64,000 nt of DNA from an uncultured Verrucomicrobiae bacterium (GTDB taxonomy: Bacteria > Chlamydiota > Chlamydiia > Chlamydiales > Rhabdochlamydiaceae), in NCBI GenBank assembly GCA_963806855.1, contig CAWDYW010000001.1, forward strand, positions 1 to 64,000. The letters are read 5' to 3'. The translations under genes were made by a program, and so were the position numbers. This document shows positions 22,164-31,676 of this stretch, one piece after another; position 1 is the stretch's first letter, and the number at the start of each line of letters is the position of its first letter. The notes beneath the pieces are model-generated. The model did not search any database. It saw only the letters and a list, made by a program, of their open reading frames with translations, and was not told where the DNA came from.

Positions 22164-23393
22164 TTAGAAGGTGATATTGAGCTGTCGAAGCAATTCTATG
22201 GAAAAAATTAGGATAGAAATAATCATGAGTATTACCAGGGAAATTTTACCACCAGGAAGGATATGATCGCTCTGCACCGATTGTTTATAGCGCACCTTCC
22301 AACACATCCAGATAGGTATAACACCAAATAGAATGACCACTCCGAGCCCTCCAGCTAAGCTCAAACCTCTTAAGAAAAGATTGGGGATAACGATTGAAAA
22401 TAAAAAAGGAATGACAACTATTAAAAAGGGCAGGAAGTATTTCTGTTCAAATATTCTTGACAGCGCATTTTTATCCCTGACAAAATCACGAAAACTCAAA
22501 CCAACTGTTATCAAAGATGTTAAAAGAGCAAATAAAGAAAAGAGCTGAATAAATAGAAAAAGATAAGGAGACTGAATCGTCTTTTGCAAAAATTGGATGA
22601 TAAATTCGCTATCTCCCGAAGTGGATAGTAGATACGCGTTTTCCTTGCTCAACATCCCTAAAATGATTAGCTCCCATACTAAATATATGAAGAAAGGAAC
22701 TGAACAACCAACAATAATCGCAATCTGTATATTCCTTTTGTGTTTCCCTAAGTAAGTTGTGATTGATGGAATTAAATTTTGATATCCGAATGAAATTAAA
22801 AATACAGGTAAGGAAAAAAGCATTTGCTTGCTAAAATAACTCCGAGCTATATATTCAGAATGAATATTTTTAACTCCCAGGATAACAAGCATTATATATG
22901 AAATTACCATTCCCAGAATAAAAACTCGATTTATCCAATCAACAAAACTTGCCCCCTTAATCAAAATATACAATAATAACAAAGCACATAAACAAGCCCC
23001 GTAAATAGCGGATAGATTAAGACTGAATATCGAATTAATAAAATCGATTAATATAACACCGCTTCCGCTTAAATATGCGATTAACAAAGAAAAAAATATA
23101 AAAACAAACAAACCCGCTGTGCAATTTTTCCCCTTCGTTCCAAGAATGGATTGTGTCATGGTTAATAAATTTGTATTTTTGGGGAAAAGCAGATTGACTT
23201 CCAAAAGTAACAATCCAGTACTAATCATAAAGGCCCATGCGATAATAAGAATCAGAATTGAGGGGAAGAACCCAAAGATTGCCGTAATTGCAGGCAAGCT
23301 GATCATCCCGGCGCCAATGCAACATCCTGCTATCATTAAAATGCTGCCAGTAAGGCTTCCTGCGCTTTCATTTTGTGCAACTTTTATCGACAT
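22164..23393 (-). CDS. Aromatic amino acid (Tyr/Trp) permease, HAAAP family
   Basis: IAGCCIGAGMISLP, SFGYQNLIPSI and ~11 TM segments; visibly AT-rich. Confidence 0.9.
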   Translation of the reverse strand: MSIKVAQNESAGSLTGSILMIAGCCIGAGMISLPAITAIFGFFPSILILIIAWAFMISTGLLLLEVNLLFPKNTNLLTMTQSILGTKGKNCTAGLFVFIFFSLLIAYLSGSGVILIDFINSIFSLNLSAIYGACLCALLLLYILIKGASFVDWINRVFILGMVISYIMLVILGVKNIHSEYIARSYFSKQMLFSLPVFLISFGYQNLIPSITTYLGKHKRNIQIAIIVGCSVPFFIYLVWELIILGMLSKENAYLLSTSGDSEFIIQFLQKTIQSPYLFLFIQLFSLFALLTSLITVGLSFRDFVRDKNALSRIFEQKYFLPFLIVVIPFLFSIVIPNLFLRGLSLAGGLGVVILFGVIPIWMCWKVRYKQSVQSDHILPGGKISLVILMIISILIFSIELLRQLNITF

Positions 23394-23510
23394 AAGTTAA
23401 GAAAATATTGGTTTGTTGATCCCTCCATTTATATCAAACTCAAGCACCTAAGTAAAGCGAATATGCATACCCAGCGACCAAAAACTTACATTTACAATTA
23501 GTCAAGAAAC

Positions 23511-23552
23511 TGCGCCTTTGCGTTGTTAACTGTTTTTATACGCAAAGACGCA
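23511..23552. terminator. Hairpin downstream of doxX; diverged copies at 18378-18419 and ~21421-21455
   Basis: TGCGCCTTTGCGT..ACGCAAAGACGCA. Confidence 0.55.
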
Positions 23553-23562
23553 GAAAAAATGG

Positions 23563-24015
23563 CTAAGGCATCTCTTTTGTCTTATTAAAACCACCCCGAA
23601 TATAATCCAAGGAGATCTTTCCTGGGCCAAAGGCAAACAGGATGATCATCGCTAAAGCGAAGGGGAATGGTGTGCTGGTTAAAATCGGCATGTAATCAAA
23701 GTGTTGCACGAGAGCCATCACCGAATCTTTATCCGCGGTTGAGAAAGCTCCGATCATCAGAAAAAATAGGATGACGGCTGAATAGCGTGTGAAGAGGCCG
23801 AAAATCAGAAAGACTCCCAGAAGCAGTTCGATCCCGCCAACCACTCCGACTGCGTATTTAGGATACATAATTCCCCATGACTGGAATGCATCGATAATAT
23901 CTTTGTAGTGAAGGAATTTCCCAAATCCTGAAATGGCGAACTGATAACCCCAAAATACCCTAAATAATAGCAATAGCACCGATTGAATAGAATTTCCTAT
24001 TTTTCTTAGCATCAT
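23563..24015 (-). CDS. DoxX family membrane protein
   Basis: LLFRVFWG..SGFGK, ELLLG..GLFTR and GPGKISLD; last gene of the DUF692 operon. Confidence 0.9.
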   Translation of the reverse strand: MMLRKIGNSIQSVLLLLFRVFWGYQFAISGFGKFLHYKDIIDAFQSWGIMYPKYAVGVVGGIELLLGVFLIFGLFTRYSAVILFFLMIGAFSTADKDSVMALVQHFDYMPILTSTPFPFALAMIILFAFGPGKISLDYIRGGFNKTKEMP

Positions 24016-24854
24016 TTTTTCTCCTGTAAAAATTTTTCCCGAACCCAGTCTTGGATCCAGTCTTGAAAAGAGGAAAGGGCCTCTTCATATGGCTTTCCCC
24101 CTTTTTTTTCTAAAAACTCGCTGGCCTCTTCGATTGTCAAACCATCTGAAATGAGATGCAGAAGGGTCCACTGCCCCTCCTCGATCTCCTTAAACTGAAG
24201 TTGATTGTGCTGATTGCGCCAAAGGACAAAGTGGTAATGCCTCTGCTTCAGAAGTGGTGGAAAATCGGCCTCGAGCCAATAATCGACATCCTTCTTCAGC
24301 AGCTCCTGCCGGAAGGTGAAGATGTCAAAGGGACAAGCAAAGAGTCTAATATGCTTCTGGAGGGTTAATTTCTTGGTCAGCAATTCCAAGGAAGCTTGTA
24401 AAGGGGTCGGGGGCACAACTAAAAAGAGCTCTTGAAAGGCCCAGTCGAGCTCTGCGGCAGTATGGACCAAAGGCTTATCTTTTGCATTGTAGTGCTCTGC
24501 AATCCACTGCGGAAGCCCTTCTCCCAATTTGCCGATCGACCAGTCGCGGGAAGGGTGACTGGAGAGAAAGGGAAATCCAAAGCTCCTGTTAAAGTCGCTA
24601 TAACCAAACAGACGTGCGAGAGTGGGGAAATTATGCTGCAGGATGGTCAGTAGACGCCACCAGTATTGCTGATTATAAATCTGAATTCTCTGATCGGAAG
24701 AGAGCTTGCTACTGGGTGCGATGAACTCTTCCGCCTCTTCTGTCATGGGGCGTCCAGAAGGAGAAATCGGCATCATGCGACTCTCATTGTCAATCGGTCT
24801 TGTGATGATGCTAGCAAACCACTGCTGGATCGTGAGGATTTCAGATGGCAACAT
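24012..24854 (-). CDS. DUF2063-type MNIO partner protein
   Basis: QRIQIYNQQYWWRL..FP..LFG, AELDWA; position directly after DUF692. Confidence 0.85.
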   Translation of the reverse strand: MLPSEILTIQQWFASIITRPIDNESRMMPISPSGRPMTEEAEEFIAPSSKLSSDQRIQIYNQQYWWRLLTILQHNFPTLARLFGYSDFNRSFGFPFLSSHPSRDWSIGKLGEGLPQWIAEHYNAKDKPLVHTAAELDWAFQELFLVVPPTPLQASLELLTKKLTLQKHIRLFACPFDIFTFRQELLKKDVDYWLEADFPPLLKQRHYHFVLWRNQHNQLQFKEIEEGQWTLLHLISDGLTIEEASEFLEKKGGKPYEEALSSFQDWIQDWVREKFLQEKK

Positions 24855-25660
24855 GTTGATTTTGGTAGTTTTTGGCTCTTAGGGCTTCTTTGCAGGTGTC
24901 TTCGAATGCAATGAATTTGTCATCCCATTCTAATAATGTGGAGATTGGCCCAGTTTTGGAAATCACATCTCCATAAATTTCCCAAACTGCATCACAGACA
25001 AAATGGTCGTGAGAATCGAGGATGTAATCGCCATAGTCGGTATGGCCAGCTAAATGGATTTGACAGACCCTTTCTAAGGGGATGTTCTCATAGTAGGTGC
25101 GAGGGTCAAATTCGTGGTTGCGGCTCGAGACGTAAATGTTATTGACGTCAAGCATCATCCAAATATCGGCCTTTTCGACGACGGCAGTATAGAACTCCCA
25201 TTCGGGCATTTGGTCCTGCTGAAATGAGACATACGAGGAGAGATTCTCCAAAGCAAAGGGGATCTCAAGGTAATCTTGCACGATGCGGGCCCGCTCGGCG
25301 ACATAATCAATTACCTCTTCGGTATAGGGGAGAGGGAGAAGATCGTGAAAGTTGGCTCCTTCGAAGACGTCCCCAGCAGAGATGATCGGAGATCCAGGGT
25401 GTTTTAGTTTTGCGCGCGAGCGCTTTTAATTTTTTTAGGTAGTCGAAATCCAGGGGATCTGGACTGCCAATTGCAAGAGATACCCCGTGCTGTACAACGG
25501 GATATCTTTCTAGAATTTTGTCGAGAATTTCGCAGGGCATTCCCCCATCGACCATAAAGTTTTCGCTGATGATCTCAAACCAGTCGATTTGCGGTTCGGA
25601 TTGAAAGATCTCTTTATAGTGCTCGGGGCGTAAGCCAACACCGATGCCTAAATTCTTCAC
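24841..25660 (-). CDS. DUF692 multinuclear non-heme iron oxidase (MNIO), one +1 frameshift near 25362
   Basis: GVGLRPEH, EIISENF, HGVSL, SDHLCW / HDLLPLPY, ALEN, LDVNN, IHLAGH, DSH and LEWD. Confidence 0.93.
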
Positions 25661-26058
25661 ATATTGTCCATAGCTGCTTGACGTTTTTTGGCCATATGCA
25701 TATTAGCCACTTCTACAGCTTTATTTTTATCTGTAAAGGGGCCTTTGCTTGTTCCTTTACATGCACCGAGTCCCGCGCAATTATTCTTTTTGCCTTTACA
25801 TGAATTTAGCCCTTTACAGATGTTTTTACCTTTACAGCTCTGCTGGGCTAATTGCATCGCGAGATTTTGCCCTTCGCAATCCATTGCATTGTACATTTGG
25901 GCATGAGTATTGTCGAGTTGTGAAAGCAACTTATTTTTGTCTGCAGGTTTTGGCGGAACACACTCTTTGCTTGGAGCCTCTTTGGCTTCAACTTGTCCCA
26001 TTGAGCATGCAACGAGCCCTAGAGCTGCAATTGTTGCGAGCTTAGATTTTTTTTTCAT
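25657..26058 (-). CDS. Exported Cys-rich RiPP precursor (bufferin-like) in a helical scaffold
   Basis: Signal peptide with lipobox-like LVAC; CKGKNICKGLNSCKGKKNNCAGLGACKG core; stop overlaps the DUF692 start. Confidence 0.85.
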   Translation of the reverse strand: MKKKSKLATIAALGLVACSMGQVEAKEAPSKECVPPKPADKNKLLSQLDNTHAQMYNAMDCEGQNLAMQLAQQSCKGKNICKGLNSCKGKKNNCAGLGACKGTSKGPFTDKNKAVEVANMHMAKKRQAAMDNM

Positions 26059-26126
26059 ATAGATCCCCTTAAGTTAGGTTTTTTCTTTCTCTCATCTATA
26101 TATTTAAGTTTTGAAAAAAACTCCAG

Positions 26127-27191
26127 TTATTTGCGCGCTTGATTCTCTAAAGCGACGTTGACCGTGCTGATTCTGTAGAGCGGCTCACCGGAGATCAGTG
26201 TGACATGAGCTGCGATCACTTCCATCGGCTCTTCTAAAGAGATCTCATGCACATTGCCCAAAAAGAGCCCGATCTGTGAAACAAAGTCACCTTGATTGAC
26301 GTAAGTCACTTGCGGGGGCTTTTTTTCCGCAGGAATTTTTTCCCAAAGATCGAGCATTTCTTGAGAGACACCCGGTGGATTAAATGCAATTGAAGCAACT
26401 TTTTTGTTGATGAGCTCATGCTCATAGATAAGTGTATAAAGCGTGAGCACTGCACCCAAACTATATCCGACAATACGGGCATCCTGCACTTTGAGGAGCC
26501 ATTCATGAATCTCATTACGTGCACGCATGAAAGTTTTGTGGCCGGGGCCAGCAATATCAAGATCGCTGAGCACAGAAGCCCAACTTTTCTCAGTGACTAA
26601 ATCGAGATCAGTACCGCGAAAGAGCAAAATCGGAGGCGCCTCAGTGTTGTTTTCTGGAATGAGCCCATAGGCTGGCATGCCGCGCCACATATCAATCACC
26701 AAATCGACCACATAAGTGACCATTGTCTCTTTTGAAATCGGAATGGCAATCTTCATTCCCTTACTGAAGGTTCGATAGGCCGCCACCTTTCCTAATATTT
26801 CATCACTAGCAAATTGCAATTGGAGCGGATCGTCCATCTCAGACTGAATCGACTTAAAGAGGCATTGCACCACCGTGATATCTTTCTCCGAATCGGTCAC
26901 AATTCCCAAGATCGGATGATAGATTGAAAAATAGCCATAATTTTTTACAAAGTCGGGCAAGCTCTCGCCCTCTCTTTTGTAGACTGTTTGATCCAGAGGT
27001 TCGACTAAAATATAGGGACGATTTTTAGGAAGTAAAGCCCAGGTGATCAATTTATCCCAGCCTCTAATTGTCTTCGTTCTCAATTCGCCAAATTTCTTTG
27101 TCGCGATTGGCTGTTCTAAAATTGCAGGGCACTCATCGGCTATCAACAAACCGGTCGAAAGCAGAAGTGAAATCTTGAAGCTCTTTCCCAT
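26127..27191 (-). CDS. Lipase class 3-like alpha/beta hydrolase
   Basis: LLFRGT, VGYSLG, FNPPG and GDFVS. Confidence 0.7.
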   Translation of the reverse strand: MGKSFKISLLLSTGLLIADECPAILEQPIATKKFGELRTKTIRGWDKLITWALLPKNRPYILVEPLDQTVYKREGESLPDFVKNYGYFSIYHPILGIVTDSEKDITVVQCLFKSIQSEMDDPLQLQFASDEILGKVAAYRTFSKGMKIAIPISKETMVTYVVDLVIDMWRGMPAYGLIPENNTEAPPILLFRGTDLDLVTEKSWASVLSDLDIAGPGHKTFMRARNEIHEWLLKVQDARIVGYSLGAVLTLYTLIYEHELINKKVASIAFNPPGVSQEMLDLWEKIPAEKKPPQVTYVNQGDFVSQIGLFLGNVHEISLEEPMEVIAAHVTLISGEPLYRISTVNVALENQARK

Positions 27192-28947
27192 CCATTTCCA
27201 GAATTTGCAGCGCATTGGCATCGAAAATTTTTCCTCTGTCGTTAAACCGTGCAAGTAAAGAACCCTCCCCATTGTGAATTAGAAATTCATAAGGGCTGCG
27301 ACTCCCATTATAGCGGCCCGTAACCGCATAGGACCCTCTATTTGGGCTGAAAATCGACTCCCCATCGAAGACTTCTGCAAATGCATCAGGTTCTTGTAGA
27401 AGATAGTGCAAGAGTGAAGGGAAAATATCAATATGAGATGCTACACGCCCCACATTTTTCTTCATCGACCCGAATTTAAAATACAGAGGAACATGAATCT
27501 GTTCCCAATTGAGATTCGACGCATGAAAAAGATGCCCATTTTCGTAAAATTCCTCTCCATGATCCCCCGTGACAATGACCACCGCCTCATCCCAGGAGCC
27601 GTTTTTTTTGAGCAGAGCCTTGAAGTCACCAAAGAGACTATCGGTATAGTGGATCGCATTCCGATACCGATTTTTTACCTTTTCAAGCCCACGCATTGAA
27701 AAGGCAAGCTGCGCATGATTGACCCCTTCATCATAGGGAACAAATTTTCCCCCTGCCGGAAAACTATAATCAAAATGGGTCGACTCGAGAAAAACAATAA
27801 AGCACCGCCCCCCACTGCCCCGCTGAATCTTCTCTTCGAGAGCCGCAAAGACCCGTCGATCACTCTCGTGAGCCGGCACATCCTCATCGGCAGGAAAGAG
27901 CGAAAAACTGTCCGCAAGTTGCTCCTCTGCCCCAAATATCCTTTTGTCCATCTGATAATAAGCTAGCCTTGACGAAGAGCAGACATGCACCTCATATCCT
28001 AGCTGCTTCAGACATTGCAGCCCCAGACTGCCGCTCTTCCAATTTTTTGGCTCCATCTGTGAAAAATAAAAAGGGGATTTTGAATAGAAGATCGAAAACC
28101 AGGATAACTGTGTTCCATTGCCGCTGGCCAGGGCCACTTCAGGAGCAATCACCTCCTGTTTGAACCGATGCAAATGAGGAGCAATCTCGTCGGTGATATA
28201 ATCGGCCCGCAAACTTTCGATTACAAAGATAAAGAGATCGGGCTTCTTCTGTAAATCCCCTTTTATACATAACTGACCAATCTTTTCGATCATCTCCGCT
28301 TCATTTGGCGCTGGTTTCAAGCGATGCTCGAGATTGACAACCTCTATGCACGGCTCAAAAAAAGTCGATTTCCAAGGAAGCGCCTGACTGAACTCACGAT
28401 TGCCCTCCTTGGGATTGATCATCAACAAAAGGGGAATAACCCCGAAGGCCATGATGTGTTTCTTCTTGAGCTCAAGAGGATTTCGTGCACTCCAATTTTC
28501 ACTGCGTAAATAGAGATAAATTCCACCTAAGATAGCCCCTGCGCTTCCCATCAGACTCGACAACCAAGTGATCATTGGGACATGCGTCGCATAGAGCATC
28601 TCGATAAAATTTTCGAGAGACTCGTCGAAAACCATCGCAATTCCATACTGAATCGAAATATCCATCAACCGGATTAAAAAGAATTCGACACAATGGAGCA
28701 GGAAAATCACCATCACACAGCCAATAAAACTAAACCAGAGCCATTTTGGGCCGCGATGCTGGAGAAAGCTGGCAACAAATGCGAGAACCGCCACCTCTAA
28801 GAAACATTGAAAAAAGGCATTGAGGACAAACTGCCCCTTAACCCAGAGATTTTCGTAATCAATCAGATAAACATGAACACAATGCAAAGCAGCAATAATA
28901 GCAAAAAAAATACCAAAAAAGAGGTAATTAACGGAAAATTTTCGCAT
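27133..28947 (-). CDS. Membrane-anchored sulfatase/LTA-synthase-like hydrolase
   Basis: N-terminal TMs, IESLRAD, STHFDY, TGDHGEEF and SHIDIFP. Confidence 0.85.
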   Translation of the reverse strand: MRKFSVNYLFFGIFFAIIAALHCVHVYLIDYENLWVKGQFVLNAFFQCFLEVAVLAFVASFLQHRGPKWLWFSFIGCVMVIFLLHCVEFFLIRLMDISIQYGIAMVFDESLENFIEMLYATHVPMITWLSSLMGSAGAILGGIYLYLRSENWSARNPLELKKKHIMAFGVIPLLLMINPKEGNREFSQALPWKSTFFEPCIEVVNLEHRLKPAPNEAEMIEKIGQLCIKGDLQKKPDLFIFVIESLRADYITDEIAPHLHRFKQEVIAPEVALASGNGTQLSWFSIFYSKSPFYFSQMEPKNWKSGSLGLQCLKQLGYEVHVCSSSRLAYYQMDKRIFGAEEQLADSFSLFPADEDVPAHESDRRVFAALEEKIQRGSGGRCFIVFLESTHFDYSFPAGGKFVPYDEGVNHAQLAFSMRGLEKVKNRYRNAIHYTDSLFGDFKALLKKNGSWDEAVVIVTGDHGEEFYENGHLFHASNLNWEQIHVPLYFKFGSMKKNVGRVASHIDIFPSLLHYLLQEPDAFAEVFDGESIFSPNRGSYAVTGRYNGSRSPYEFLIHNGEGSLLARFNDRGKIFDANALQILEMDGKELQDFTSAFDRFVDSR

Positions 28948-29009
28948 AAAGTATTTAGATCTCTTCTAAATACTTATTATGTCAAAACTTTTTTTGAGTC
29001 AACACTCTC

Positions 29010-29513
29010 TTAGGTCTTTTTCTTTTCCATGAGGAAGAGGACGAGTCCTTCGATGTCACGCCGATTGATATAGCCTTGGATATCCTCAGCCCTAAGGTTG
29101 AGATGCTCGGCAAAGCCCGGGACATAAAGATTGACATTGCCAGCCTTGATTTCCCCTTTCATCCTCTCGGTAATTCCATCGATAAATCCACCCCATTTGA
29201 AACCGCTCATCCGGATGATATACATGCAATGGACAAGATGGGGATCGCTGAAGATTGTTCCCAAAAAGCGGATTGGATGGACATGATGCACCTCTTGACC
29301 AAGCCGCTCCAGATATTTCCTCTCGAAAAGCAGTTGAAATATAGAGTTTTCTGCCATCGTGGTCAAAATTTCCTTAATTTTTCGCTTCTCATCCATATGG
29401 ATAGGAAGCCGATGATAAAAATTGACCTGCGACTGCGTGACCGCCGGCTGCTCAACAAATTGGGCAAGATCTCCATTGCAAAGTAAAACCAAGGAAGCAA
29501 ACAGCTCAAGCAT
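29010..29513 (-). CDS. Hypothetical exported protein
   Basis: GGAG RBS, signal-like N-terminus, intact ORF. Confidence 0.7.
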   Translation of the reverse strand: MLELFASLVLLCNGDLAQFVEQPAVTQSQVNFYHRLPIHMDEKRKIKEILTTMAENSIFQLLFERKYLERLGQEVHHVHPIRFLGTIFSDPHLVHCMYIIRMSGFKWGGFIDGITERMKGEIKAGNVNLYVPGFAEHLNLRAEDIQGYINRRDIEGLVLFLMEKKKT

Positions 29514-29580
29514 AGGACTCTCCGTTTACACAATATCCTAAGTTCTGGACAAATTTTTTTCCATTTTTTAAAAGAAAAAT

Positions 29581-29940
29581 ATGATGCCTGCCCTTTTGCT
29601 ATTCCTTTCCTCCCCCTTAATCGAACCGATTTCCTATTGCGATCCGTTCGAATGCCTCGCCCCAGAATATTGCTCCACCCCCTGCGGAGAAGAGGAGTGC
29701 GCCCTCATTATGCTAATCAGCCCAGAGAGCCGGCGGCTCTACAACACCCTCGACTGCGAAGGGAAAAATCGGGCAATTGAGCTCTCGATCTGTTATTGCG
29801 ATAAAGACTGCGCCGTCGAGCAAGCAGCTTACGAGATGTACTGTCGGCAGCGGGGCCAATATCCCAATTTGGAAGGGTATGAAGAAGAGATCGAAGATGA
29901 AAGCGGTCAAAACGCTTATAATAGGCGATTTGGGTATTAA
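29581..29940 (+). CDS. Cys-rich hypothetical protein, paralog of the RiPP precursor scaffold
   Basis: LYNTLDCEGKNRAIEL..DKDCAVEQA matches precursor MYNAMDCEGQNLAMQL..DKNKAVEVA. Confidence 0.75.
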   Translation: MMPALLLFLSSPLIEPISYCDPFECLAPEYCSTPCGEEECALIMLISPESRRLYNTLDCEGKNRAIELSICYCDKDCAVEQAAYEMYCRQRGQYPNLEGYEEEIEDESGQNAYNRRFGY

Positions 29941-29990
29941 TCTATCAAATTAACTTGAAATTCACGAAATTAACTGTTACTAGTAATGAT

Positions 29991-30377
29991 ATGAAGTGTC
30001 GTGTTTTTTTATTTGGGGAAGCAGAGAAGGGACAACTTTGCACTCCTATGAACCTCAATTCCCTCCCAGCTGTGATGGAGCAGCTTGGCCACCCTCCGGA
30101 GGGCAGCACCGGGATCGATTACGCGATTCAAGCCGTTCTCTATCAACGGGAGCTCGTCTTCTTTCGTGTTCGGGAAGAGGGATTTAGCGTGAGCGATTAC
30201 TTGGAAGGTGTAAAGCTGCTTTACAATTCAGGCGATAAGATGAATCTCGCCGCCATCTGCATACCCGGCGTTGGCGATCAGTGCATCATCGAGGCGATCA
30301 CTCCCGTTTGCCATCGGACCAAATCGATCCTAGTTCTCTCTGAAAAAGACCTATACGATTATTTGACCACTTCATAA
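29991..30377 (+). CDS. Conserved chlamydial hypothetical protein
   Basis: LFGEAEKG..FFRVREEG..IPGVG..DLYD pattern, recalled from chlamydial hypothetical proteins. Confidence 0.7.
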   Translation: MKCRVFLFGEAEKGQLCTPMNLNSLPAVMEQLGHPPEGSTGIDYAIQAVLYQRELVFFRVREEGFSVSDYLEGVKLLYNSGDKMNLAAICIPGVGDQCIIEAITPVCHRTKSILVLSEKDLYDYLTTS

Positions 30378-30878
30378 TCGTTTTCTGAAGAACAAGGCAT
30401 CGTAACCATCTATCCAACTTGGGATAACCCCCATACATTCAAAGCCCAATTTACGATAGAAATCGGCTGCTTGATACCCCCAGGTAAAGAGTTGAATGTG
30501 ATCACATTGATGTTCGCGCGCAAAAGCCTCTACTTCTCGGAGAAGAGCAGTTCCAATTCCTTGCAGCCTTTTATCTTGTTCGACCCAAAGGTAGTCAATC
30601 CCGATAAAAGATTCAGCACCACCTTTGAAAAAATATCCACAAACTCCCCCAATCATTTTTGAATCTTTCGCATAGATCACAAAAGTGTCGATTTCGTTTG
30701 ACCCATATTTCTTATGGAAGAATTCGCGATTAAAGTCCTCAAGACCCTCAAGGATTTTGCTGCTAATTTCTGGATTGTTCGCCTCAATCACGATTTCATA
30801 TTCTTCAGATGCCAGGATCGAAGTGCAAACCAATACTAAGAATAAAAAGAACTTATTCGCCAAAATATTCCTTGGCAT
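30372..30878 (-). CDS. GNAT family acetyltransferase
   Basis: LWV..RLQGIGTALL and QAADFYRKLGF. Confidence 0.88.
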   Translation of the reverse strand: MPRNILANKFFLFLVLVCTSILASEEYEIVIEANNPEISSKILEGLEDFNREFFHKKYGSNEIDTFVIYAKDSKMIGGVCGYFFKGGAESFIGIDYLWVEQDKRLQGIGTALLREVEAFAREHQCDHIQLFTWGYQAADFYRKLGFECMGVIPSWIDGYDALFFRKRL

Positions 30879-31488
30879 GAGAGAGCCAGTTCTCAGCCCC
30901 GATCGTCGTCTCATCTCCATGCCCGGGAATGACCCGTGTATTGGCAGGGAGCTTAGCCAGCTTGGCTAAAGATATCCACATGTCATCTGGGTTAGAGGTG
31001 GGGAAACTCACATTGCCGATCGTCCCCCTGAAGAGAGTATCGCCCGAAATCAACGTATGCTTTTCCGGTAAATGGAAACAGACAGATCCTGGAGAATGGC
31101 CGGGCGTATGGATCACTTCGATTCTCAATTCCCCCAGAAAGAGCTTCTGCCCATCGGTTAAAAAACCAGTTGGCTCCACCGCTTGAATCGGAACAAGCAG
31201 GGGGAGATGGTCGGCCCCGGGCTTTAGGAGATTGGGGGCATCGAGCTCATGGACATAGAGGGGAGCTCTCATTTTCTTTTTAAGATAGGCCATATCGGCG
31301 AAATGGTCCCAGTGGGAGTGAGTGAGGAGAAGCATGACGAGTTCTAGACCAAGCGCTTCGATTCGTTCAATCAAAATATCGCCGCTTCCAAGAGGGGCGT
31401 CAATAATGGCGGCTTGTTTAGTCTTAGTGCAGCCGAGCAGCACGGAATTGGTGAATGCAGGGCCTGAACAAAAGATTTCTAAGATCAT
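30853..31488 (-). CDS. MBL-fold metallo-hydrolase (glyoxalase II-like)
   Basis: THSHWDH, HTPGHSPG, SGDTLF and PGHG. Confidence 0.93.
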   Translation of the reverse strand: MILEIFCSGPAFTNSVLLGCTKTKQAAIIDAPLGSGDILIERIEALGLELVMLLLTHSHWDHFADMAYLKKKMRAPLYVHELDAPNLLKPGADHLPLLVPIQAVEPTGFLTDGQKLFLGELRIEVIHTPGHSPGSVCFHLPEKHTLISGDTLFRGTIGNVSFPTSNPDDMWISLAKLAKLPANTRVIPGHGDETTIGAENWLSHAKEYFGE

Positions 31489-31502
31489 AAAGAATAATAA
31501 TT

Positions 31503-31576
31503 TGCACCGGAGAGGATTCGAACCTCTGACCTCACGGTTCGTAGCCGTGTGCTCTATCCAGCTGAGCTACCGGTGC
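31503..31576 (-). tRNA. tRNA-Arg(ACG)
   Basis: Reverse complement GCACCGGTAGCTCAGCTGGATAGAGC..CTACGAA..GGTTCGAATCCTCTCCGGTGCA. Confidence 0.95.
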
Positions 31577-31676
31577 AAAGGTTCTATCATCTATGGAAAT
31601 ATCATTTTTTGCCAAGAGATTTTTGTTGCGACAGGGGGAGAGTTTTTGGTATAATTTGGCTAAAAATTTTTTAATC

